Origin: Tubiluchus corallicola
Lineage: Eukaryota > Animalia > Priapulida
Assembly: GCA_030141605.1 (NCBI GenBank)
Contig: JAQGDQ010000497.1
Location: 62,001 to 126,000, forward strand
Direction: 5' to 3'
Length of the DNA: 64,000 bases
Positions within the stretch are counted from its first letter, which is position 1, and the number at the start of each line of letters is the position of its first letter. The notes under the pieces are model-generated. The model did not search any database and had not been told where the DNA came from. It was given only the letters and a program-made list of their open reading frames with translations. A program made the position numbers and the translations under genes. Of this stretch, positions 25,901 to 35,579 are shown piece by piece.

Positions 25901-28900
25901 AGATGAGAATGACGCCACCTCGATTCTCACCCTAGGTGGTCGTTATTCTGGCTGTTTAGTTCATAGAGGGAGAATGAATAAACATGCAAATGTGGCTGGG
26001 GCACCTCCGCCATTTCAGCAGACTCCTCTTTTAGAAGCACATCTTTCATGAGTGAAAGTTCACTTTGGCCACAGCACGTGCTGTGAAAGATGGATGCTAA
26101 CTTACAGGTTCAAATGTTGGCAAATGGTTTTTTAACTACATAATTGAACCCACGAAAAGGTACACCAGGAATAACATATCATCTATAAAGCTTTCACAAA
26201 CAAGTATTCTATGAGAAAATGCACAAAAAATGCAACTTTCAAAAAATGAGACTAGCAAGCTGAATGACACACATCCTTGGTCTACTTCGTGAGCTTACTA
26301 AAATGCGCATTACAGTTTCCATTTACTCTACAAACCGGGAATTTTCGTTTCACTATTTCCTTAGATTTCATCAACACCGTCTTACTGAATCTAATCTACT
26401 GAATACTAAGTTTTAATCATAATTCTGCAACTAAAGCAGTGAAAGCCGCAGAGACATGCAAAATTAACATTAGCTTAACAGACCACATAAAATACTAGTC
26501 ACTAGTTATAATTTCTAACTTCTAAAGTGATTTAGATTAAAATGCAAAGCTATATCATTACTAGTTACTAGTAATAATTTCTAATTTCTAAAGTGATTTA
26601 GATTAAAATGCAAAGATATATCATTACTAGTCACTAGTTATAATTTCTAACTTCTAAAGTGATTTAGATTAAAATGCAAAGATATATCATTACTAGTTAC
26701 TAGTAATAATTTCTAATTTCTAAAGTGATTTAGATTAAAATGCAAAGATATATCATTACTAGTCACTAGTTATAATTTCTAACTTCTAAAGTGATTTAGA
26801 TTAAAATGCAAAGATATATCATTACTAGTCACTAGTTATAATTTCTAATTTCTAAAGTGATTTAGATTAAAATGCAAAGATATATCATTACTAGTCACTA
26901 GTTATAATTTCTAACTTCTAAAGTGATTTAGATTAAAATGCAAAGATATATCATTACTAGTCACTAGTTATAATTTCTAACTTCTAAAGTGATTTAGATT
27001 AAAATGCAAAGATATATCATTACTAGTTACTAGTTATAATTTCTAACTTCTAAAGTGATTTACATTAAAATACAAAGATATATCATTACTAGTCACAAGT
27101 TATACTTTCTAATTTCTAAAGTGATTTAGATTAAAATGCAAAGCTATATCATTACTAGTCACTAGTAATAATTTCTAATTTCTAAAGTGATTTAGATTAA
27201 AATGCAAAGATATATCATTACTAGTCACTAGTTATAATTTCTAACTTCTAAAGTGATTTAGATTAAAATGCAAAGATATATCATTACTAGTTACTAGTTA
27301 TAATTTCTAACTTCTAAAGTGATTTACATTAAAATACAAAGATATATCATTACTAGTCACTAGTTATAATTTCTAACTTCTAAAGTGATTTAGATTAAAA
27401 TGCAAAGCTATATCATTACTAGTTACTAGTAATAATTTCTAATTTCTAAAGTGATTTAGATTAAAATGCAAAGATATATCATTACTAGTCACTAGTTATA
27501 ATTTCTAACTTCTAAAGTGATTTAGATTAAAATGCAAAGATATATCATTACTAGTCACTAGTTATAATTTCTAACTTCTAAAGTGATTTAGATTAAAATG
27601 CAAAGATATATCATTACTAGTTACTAGTAATAATTTCTAATTTCTAAAGTGATTTAGATTAAAATGCAAAGATATATCATTACTAGTTACTAGTTATAAT
27701 TTCTAACTTCTAAAGTGATTTACATTAAAATGCAAAGATATATCATTACTAGTCACTAGTTATAATTTCTAACTTTTAAAGTGATTTACATTAAAATACA
27801 AAGATATATCATTACTAGTCACTAGTTATAATTTCTAACTTCTAAAGTGATTTAGATTAAAATGCAAAGATATATCATTACTAGTTACTAGTTATAATTT
27901 CTAACTTCTAAAGTGATTTAGATTAAAATGCAAAGATATATCATTACTAGTCACTAGTTATAATTTCTAACTTCTAAAGTGATTTAGATTAAAATGCAAA
28001 GATATATCATTACTAGTTACTAGTTATAATTTCTAACTTCTAAAGTGATTTACATTAAAATGCAAAGATATATCATTACTAGTCACTAGTTATAATTTCT
28101 AACTTCTAAAGTGATTTAGATTAAAATGCAAAGATATATCATTACTAGTTACTAGTTATAATTTCTAACTTCTAAAGTGATTTAGATTAAAATGCAAAGA
28201 TATATCATTACTAGTCACTAGTTATAATTTCTAACTTCTAAAGTGATTTAGATTAAAATACAAATATATATCATTACTAGTCACTAGTTATAATTTCTAA
28301 CTTTTAAAGTGATTTACATTAAAATACAAAGATATATCATTACTAGTCACTAGTTATAATTTCTAACTTCTAAAGTGATTTAGATTAAAATACAAAGATA
28401 TATCATTACTAGTCACTAGTTATAATTTCTAACTTTTAAAGTGATTTACATTAAAATGCAAAGATATATCATTACTAGTTACTAGTTATAATTTCTAACT
28501 TCTAAAGTGATTTACATTAAAATGCAAAGATATATCATTACTAGTTACTAGTTATAATTTCTAACTTCTAAAGTGATTTAGATTAAAATACAAAGATATA
28601 TCATTACTAGTCACTAGTTATAATTTCTAACTTTTAAAGTGATTTACATTAAAATGCAAAGATATATCATTACTAGTTACTAGTTATAATTTCTAACTTT
28701 TAAAGTGATTTACATTAAAATGCAAAGATATATCATTACTAGTCACTAGTTATAATTTCTAACTTCTAAAGTGATTTAGATTAAAATACAAACCAATGAA
28801 CTTGATGTTCCCCAACATCTTCTGTTTAGCAATGTAGAACTGTTCCTCCTCCTCTGGAGTAAGCCGCCTCCCCTTCTCAAACGCTGCCGTCGCTCGCTGA

Positions 28901-31900
28901 CGATTCTCGAACTCATCTTGGCACTTGTTCAGCAGAAGTCTTCGAAATGTCTGAAATCGATGCAACACATGCAGGCTAAACAGGACATTAGGATCGAACG
29001 ACATTTTTTCAAAAAGCTTCAGAATGAATAAAATTCCAAAATGTGGCAATATTTAGTAGAAGAATATTGGATTAAGTCGGACTTGCAACACCATTTAATA
29101 ACAATCCCAACACAATAATAATAACAGATATCTAATCTATAACAAAGCAGGGTGTCAGGTAACTTCTCAGAAACATAGAATAATACTGCTTTAATATCTT
29201 GCAGCCATTTCAGGAACGTATATTACATTGTCCCCAACTGCAATTTCGTGCACAAAATGGTTATTCGTGTGAGAGGCAATTCACAGATGAAAAGAACAAG
29301 AAAACCCAAATCTTACATAAAGCTAAAAAATTCTCGAAATTCTGTATCACTTACATGCTGTTTTACACACACAGAGCTTGTGTTTTACTACAAGCAGAGC
29401 TTGTGTTTTACTACACACGGAGCTCTTGTTTTACTACACACAGAGCTTGTGTTTTACTACACACGGAGCTCTTGTTTTACAACACGCAGAGCTTGTGTTT
29501 TACTACACACGGAGCTTGTGTTTTACTACACACAGAGCTTGTGTTTTACTACAAGCAGAGCTTGTGTTTTACTACAAGCAGAGCTTGTGTTTTACTACAA
29601 GCAGAGCTTGTGTTTTACTACACGCAGAGCTTGTGTTTTACTACACACGGAGCTCTTGTTTTACTACACGCAGAGCTTGTGTTTTACTACACGCAGAGCT
29701 TGTGTTTTACTACACACGGAGCTCTTGTTTTACTACACACAGAGCTTGTGTTTTACTACACACGGAGCTTGTCTTTTACTACACACAGAGCTTGTGTTTT
29801 ACTACACAGAGCTTGTGTTTTACTACACACAGAGCTCTTGTTTTACTACACACGGAGCTTGTGTTTTACTACACACGGAGCTTGTGTTTTACTACACACG
29901 GAGCTTGTGTTTTACTACACACCGAGCTTGTGTTTTACTACACACCGAGCTTGTGTTTTACTACACACAGAGCTTGTGTTTTACTACACACAGAGCTTGT
30001 GTTTTACTACACACAGAGCTTGTGTTTTACTACACACAGAGCTTGTGTTTTACGATACACAGAGCTTGTGTTTTACTACACGCAGAGCTTGTGTTTTACT
30101 ACATGCAGAGCTTGTGTTTTACTACACCCAGAGCTTGTGTTTTACTATACACAGAGCTTGTGTTTTACTACACACAGAGCTTGTGTTTTACTACACACGG
30201 AGCTTGTGTTTTACTACACACGGAGCTTGTGTTTTACTACACACGGAGCTTGTGTTTTACTACACACAGAGCTTGCATTAGCAGTAATGCTGCATGAAAC
30301 TTTTAATTTTAAGCTCTAGTGATGACGTTCAAGCACAGTCATTCTAAAGGGTCAAACAATCAAGCAACTTCTGATAACACTGCATAAAGTTAAAAAAAAT
30401 AAACAGCGCATTCGTAATGCACAGTTCACAACTTAACAAATGCATAAATTTGTCGAGAGAATTAAAAATATTATTTGGCGAACTAGCAGTGCACACTGGG
30501 ATTGCAAACAATGTTTTACCAGCTGGCATGAACAATTTAAATGTTTAATAAAAAATTTCTTCTCCAGTTACATTTTTACCTTTCCCTAATTACACAAGTC
30601 TTTCAAGCAGGTAAACATAATGCAGGTAACAGGTAATATAACTCTGAATGAAAAGTTTTCGGGGGCATACTTTAACAATCGTTTTTCTTCCCATTAAATT
30701 TATAACACTGCCATATAGATACATACACTACTCCCAGCCCCTTGCTGGCCGTCTAGTTGAAATCTTGGAGCTTCTTCACATAATTTACGGCATAACTGTG
30801 CGTACATAAAACTGTACTTCGGTTCATCAAGAGCTTTGTCAAATATCTGCAAGTAAAATGGCTTTTGAGTGGTCTACGAAAAAAAGTGAAAAAAATTACC
30901 CACATCATAACAAACGCAGTACCTGCTGACACCTATTTAGAAAAGCATGGAACCGTTTCAACTACACCAAATGGTCAACGTCAGTCCAAAAATTTACATT
31001 TGACGTTAGCAATTTAGCGTGGCTGAAATATTTTCACATTTTCTACATAGATGTCAGCAGGTGCTGCGTTTCTTGCAACATCAGTGATTTTATTTTTGTT
31101 AAAGCTTAGATTTCTGCACAGTGAGATGAGGTTGTTTTAAACAAAAAAAAACTTAAACATGTAGTCGCCACCTGGTTCACCTGTAATATTTGTGAGGTCT
31201 AAAAGTAATTTCCAACTGCTAACAACTTAATATTCATTCTGCAGAGTTCTACACATTAAACTTATTACCCAGTTGTGTACACATTCAAAGTACTACAAGT
31301 TGTTGAACAAATTAATGCATTCTGCAGAGTTCTACACATTAAACTTATTACCCAGTTGTGTGCACATTCAAAGTACTACAAGTTGTTGAACAAATTAATG
31401 CATTCTGCAGAGTTCTACACATTAAACTTATTACCTAGTTGTGTGCACATTCAAAGTACTACAAGTTGTTGAACAAATTAATGCATTCTGCAGAGTTCTA
31501 CACATTAAACTTATTACCCAGTTGTGTACACATTCAAAGTACTACAAGCTGTTGAACAAATTAATGCATTCTGCAGAGTTCTACACATTAAACTTATTTG
31601 CCAGTTGTGTACACATTCAAAGTACTACAAGTTGTTGAACAAATTAATGCATTCTGCAGAGTTCTACACATTAAACTTATTACCCAGTTGTGTACACATT
31701 CAAAGTACTTCAAGTTGTTGAACAAATTAATGCATTCTGCAGAGTTGTACACATTAAACTTATTACCCAGTTGTGTACACATTCAAAAAACTACAAGCTG
31801 TTGAACAAATTAATGCATTCTGCAGAGTTCTACACATTAAACTTATTACCCAGTTGTGTACACATTCAAAGTACTACAAGTTGTTGAACAAATTAATGCA

Positions 31901-34735
31901 TTCTGCAGAGTTCTACACATTAAACTTATTACCCAGTTGTGTACACATTCAAAGTACTTCAAGTTGTTGAACAAATTAATGCATTCTGCAGAGTTCTACA
32001 CATTAAACTTATTACCCAGTTGTGTACACATTCAAAGTACTTCAAGTTGTTGAACAAATTAATGCATTCTGCAGAGTTGTACACATTAAACTTATTACCC
32101 AGTTGTGTACACATTCAAAGTACTACAAGTTGTTGAACAAATTAATGCATTCTGCAGAGTTCTACACATTAAACTTATTACCCAGTTGTGTGCACATTCA
32201 AAGTACTACAAGTTGTTGAACAAATTAATGCATTCTGCAGAGTTCTACACATTAAACTTATTACCCAGTTGTGTACACATTCAAAGTACTTCAAGTTGTT
32301 GAACAAATTAATGCATTCTGCAGAGTTCTACACATTAAACTTATTACCCAGTTGTGAGCACATTCAAAGTACTACAAGTTGTTGAACAAATTAATGCATT
32401 CTGCAGAGTTCTACACATTAAACTTATTACCCAGTTGTGTGCACATTCAAAGTACTACAAGTTGTTGAACAAATTAATGCACAATGCAACATTACTTAAC
32501 AAGTGCAGTCAATGTTTAACAAATTAATGCACAATGCAACATTGCTTAACAAGCGCAGTCGATATTAATTTCAAAATAATGTATCTTTGCCTAGTTAATG
32601 ATACTACAAACATGATGAGGAAATTTCTGCACAGTAGGTACTTTGCTAAAAACTCAGTATGGACATTATATACTGGCAAGCGCAAATTTATGTAATGGTG
32701 TATTGAAGTATACCAATATCCCAAACGATCGTGAATGGAAAGACTGAACTTGGAACAGCCACACACGGTCAACTCTAATCATCCAACTTCAGTTGAAGTA
32801 ACAAAAATTGAGCGAGCAGAACTGGCAAAGAACACTTTGTAACGAGTTAGTAATAGCCTAAAATTATACTAATGTAAGTTCTTATCTTTTGTTTTGTAAC
32901 TGTCATGCTTACCAACAAAATTATTCCTTTAAGAATAATCTGTGAGTCGATGCCGACAATCAAGATTTCATGACTCAGTTTTTGAAACTTTTCGGGTGTC
33001 AATTTATTCAAAATCCTGCAAAACAGACAAAGGCTAAAACAGTCCAAGTTTGCAGCCAAAAATAAGCTAAAAAAGAAGTCTGTGATATAGACAATACCAG
33101 AAATATTTTTATATACACACATTTAATATTTGAAAACAGTGCAGAAATTGACGATTGCATTTTAAATGATAAAAGCTATACAGGTAGTCGTCAACTTATA
33201 ACCACAATCAACACAGGCAGATTGGTCGTAAGACGCATTGGATGCAAATTGGACCCGTATAGCATCGCGCCCCTGCATGGAAGGCATTGTGTGCGTACGC
33301 ACTCTAAGTATGCTGATGCCAACAATTAATTTATTGAAATTGACAACGATTTACAGTTAATTTGTTTAAAAGAATAAAGAGAAATATGAATTACGGTTGG
33401 TTTTGTGTAATTAATTAATTAAGATGCAGTCGAGTCATAAAGTAGAACAGTCGTAAGTCAGCTACTACCTGCAATGTCATTAATGTACCTGTTGCCCTAA
33501 AACAAACAAAACCACAACATTTTGCATTTAAAAAACTAAACCGAAAACCAGTTGATGAAAAATGTGATTTTCAAATCACAAAGTTTCTTAACTTACCCTC
33601 TCACTTTACGGAATATAGCATCGTTGCGGTCTTGTTGGGTATATGCATCTCTTTTAATGTGGCTTGGGGGAATCCATCTGCGCAAGTCAGTTGTATCTGC
33701 GCTTAGGAGCGGTGTCTCGTCCCTGCGGTTAAAATTATAAATTACAGCCTACTCAAGTTTTTTATATAAATATAATACATCACAATAATCAAAGAATGCC
33801 CTTTCAGTCTCAAAAAAGATTACAGCAAACTGAGGGACTAAAGCTTCTGAACAAAAATAAAGAATTTTTGGAAACTTATCAGGCATTCTGCCTTCTATTA
33901 CTATCATGACCATGGCAAGTCACAGAAAAGCACCATCTTGCTTTCAAGATAGTACATCGCATTACAAAATGCATTAATTTCCCACACCACACCACTGCTG
34001 CAATCCAGGATCTTTATTTTAACTTTAAAACTTTTTACATATTAAAATTTCAAGAAGTTTAAAAGTTAAAATAACAAAGAGCAATATGAAACACACATCT
34101 CGTGAAAGATGCGAGTAAAGATTTAAATCAAACAGATTCTGTTCAATGCCAAGGTCATACAAGCACAGAGGTTTCTAAAAAAATACACATGTGCATTTTT
34201 CTGCATTTACCACATATCGAAAGCCTCTAATCAAAACAAAGACTCAGTTCCAACTCTTTCACGTCTTCTCAGTCTCTTCCATGTTTTCGTCACATTTACT
34301 TTCAAAATATCATTAATCATGGATTTATGCCACCATCTAAGGACATTTTAAATTGTCAGATAAAATTGAATCGAAAGGCATTTCCTTGACTAAAATGAAG
34401 CCAAATTACTGCAAAACTTAACTGGAGTAATTCTTTTTTTACTCAAAAATGTAGAACTGGAATTCAAACACAATTCAACATTAATTAAGACCAAAATTTG
34501 TTAATTAGTTTTGAATAACAGCGACGTTTAGCCATTTTAAAATGTACATGTATACTGCTGTACTCTAGAATGCATGCACTTCTAACGTCACATGATAATG
34601 TTCTAAATTAAATTAATTAATGTATTTAGTATTTACAGGTTTTTGGTAAAAAAATTCAAATTCAAAATGATTTAAACTAATATCATGCCTGCAGCCTCTT
34701 CGAGAAGCACCACCCTTTCCCTTTACTGGGTCCAC
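10986..34735 (-). CDS. EIF4G2: Eukaryotic translation initiation factor 4 gamma 2 (NAT1/DAP5/p97), 20 coding exons, ~894 aa, GUG start
   Basis: Exons 34735-34689, 33722-33597, 33015-32913, 30846-30727, 28950-28794, 25815-25646, 24268-24158, 23351-23150, 23038-22931, 22384-22176, 21554-21402, 20421-20240, 20119-20067, 18339-18260, 17435-17241, 16395-16332, 14717-14513, 13269-13061, 11856-11735, 11054-10986 sum to 2685 nt in one frame. Motifs: GGASR, WIP, DAIFRKVRGILNKLTPEKF (MIF4G), KMLGNIKFIGELGKL, GPKTIQQIR, IGTGPGVI, ISLRPAQ, MA3 region, and W2 domain WKEDITDEYPGKGKALFQVNQWLTWLEEAEEE. Confidence 0.95.
14312..14492. mobile_element. Short pogo/Tigger-like MITE
   Basis: TIRs CGGTCAAACCTC...GAGGTTTGACCG. 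Related to 36346-36484 and 49463-49610. Confidence 0.7.
14893..16105. mobile_element. pogo/Tigger-like MITE whose right TIR is interrupted by a piggyBac MITE
   Basis: TA|CAGTAGACGCCGCGTAATAGACTC ... GAGTCTATTAA[15631-16088]GCGGCGCTCACTG|TA. Confidence 0.75.
15631..16088. mobile_element. piggyBac-like MITE, second copy
   Basis: TTAA TSD and CCCTTTCA TIRs. Reverse complement of 8073-8528. Confidence 0.88.
17485..17919 (-). mobile_element. Helitron-like element, 5' part
   Basis: Minus strand starts A|TCTATATATTAATATTC. Internal sequence shared with 6421-6959 and 20719-21315. Confidence 0.6.
18001..18136. mobile_element. Small inverted-repeat element enclosing a (CCCTAA/CCTAA)n tract
   Basis: GTTTACAATTCCCCACAC ... 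GTGTGGGGAATTGTAAAC, 18-bp perfect IR around ccctaaccctaacctaacctaacc. Confidence 0.65.
18870..19980. repeat. Minisatellite, 27-bp unit, ~41 copies, in an eIF4G2 intron
   Basis: Unit AAATTAATCTCTTACAGC(T/A)GGCCAAC(T/A). Confidence 0.97.
20719..21315 (-). mobile_element. Helitron-like element, 3' part
   Basis: Plus strand A|CTAGCAAAGGCCCCGC is the reverse complement of the 6959 terminus, and the internal homology is shared. Confidence 0.6.
21960..22035 (+). repeat. tRNA-derived SINE-like remnant
   Basis: A-box-like TAGCTCAGCTG and B-box-like GGTCAAATCCC, with no intact cloverleaf. Similar remnants at ~3855-3915(-), 22575-22650(-), 43690-43760(+), 58920-58985(-). Confidence 0.5.
25385..25635. 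repeat. Degenerate tandem duplication (~120 bp x2)
   Basis: catggtaaa...gtaaaagtgaaagaaaa(g/a)cactcctaattacaataat occurs twice. Confidence 0.7.
26485..28792. repeat. Minisatellite, 66-bp unit, ~35 copies, abutting an eIF4G2 splice donor
   Basis: Unit AATTTCTAACTTCTAAAGTGATTTAGATTAAAATGCAAAGATATATCATTACTAGTCACTAGTTAT. Confidence 0.97.
29358..30276. repeat. Minisatellite, 22-23-bp unit, ~40 copies
   Basis: Unit (A/G)GAGCTTGTGTTTTACTACACAC. Confidence 0.97.
30912..31071. mobile_element. Short foldback MITE-like element
   Basis: AAACGCAGTACCTGCTGACACCTAT ... ATAGATGTCAGCAGGTGCTGCGTTT, imperfect IR of ~30 bp. Confidence 0.6.
31233..32480. repeat. Minisatellite, 83-bp unit, ~15 copies
   Basis: Unit CATTCTGCAGAGTTCTACACATTAAACTTATTACCCAGTTGTGTACACATTCAAAGTACTACAAGTTGTTGAACAAATTAATG. 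The ORF track repeats every 83 nt. Confidence 0.97.
33181..33471. mobile_element. pogo/Tigger-like MITE
   Basis: TA|CAGGTAGTCGTCAACTTA ... TAAGTCAGCTACTACCTG. Confidence 0.6.
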
Positions 34736-35379
34736 CTTTACGTCGTGAAGCAACTCCAAATGAGCAAACTCTGAAGCAGCACACAACATGTATCTAAAAA
34801 ACATTGAACATATTCAAGAGTTAACAATCTGTCCTCTTCTGTTCTGTAGGCTAAGTAGACCTAATGACAGACACTAATCCAAAGACACTCGAAATGCAAC
34901 ATGAAAGTAAACAGCCAAAAAATGAAAATTTACTGCTTAATAAAATACTTAAGTTAAGATACAAAATAAAAAATAATCAAAAATTGGATGGAAAAATAAA
35001 ACCATGGTACGTACAGATAAAACATAAAATGAGTTTGCCACTTTAATAAATGTTAATTTTACCTATAGACTAAAAATAACCAAACTACCGATAGCAATAT
35101 CAACGATTACTCAAAATTCTCAAATTTCGTTAAGACCCAACGATGAATGAATCATTCAATGTCACAATGCCATGCAATTTCACAAGAACGTAAACGCAAG
35201 CTATTCAGATTAATTTTTCACAGTCTTTTCATATGACCTTTTGCAACAAAGCTCAGCTACAATTTACTAATATCTATGAGATCACAACGTTAGAAACAAA
35301 GGAGTTTAGAACAATTTTACACACCTACAGAAAAAACTTTTGTTCTGAGAATCCTTTCTCTTCTTCTTGCGAAATTATG

Positions 35380-35450
35380 CGAGAATCCGAGATGACGCGT
35401 GATAAAGCGCCACCTGGCAAGCGTCTGCTAAATTAATATCAGCCTAGTTC
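35380..35450. promoter_or_regulatory. Probable bidirectional promoter for eIF4G2 and the galectin, with a CTCF-like motif
   Basis: Local CpG-rich patch (gatgacgcgtgataaaGCGCCACCTGGCaagcg) between divergent genes whose start codons are only ~850 bp apart. Confidence 0.5.
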
Positions 35451-35579
35451 TGAAAGTTCTGATTATATTATTTCTTAACAATTATGTGTGACAGTGTAGG
35501 TCTGCTAATTTTTTAATATTAAAGTGAAAACTACTTTTGGCACAAATACCAAAGTGATTGAACGTAACAAACAAGCAGA

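Noticed and set aside
29199-30319. Three overlapping 313-360 aa ORFs
   Set aside because: The 22-23-bp unit has no stop codon in any + frame, so these are artefacts.
31275-32385. Series of 65-aa ORFs as a tandem gene family
   Set aside because: Periodic artefact of the 83-bp array.
34014-34073. AT-rich ~21-bp inverted repeat in an eIF4G2 intron as an ncRNA
   Set aside because: Low complexity and imperfect, with no other support.
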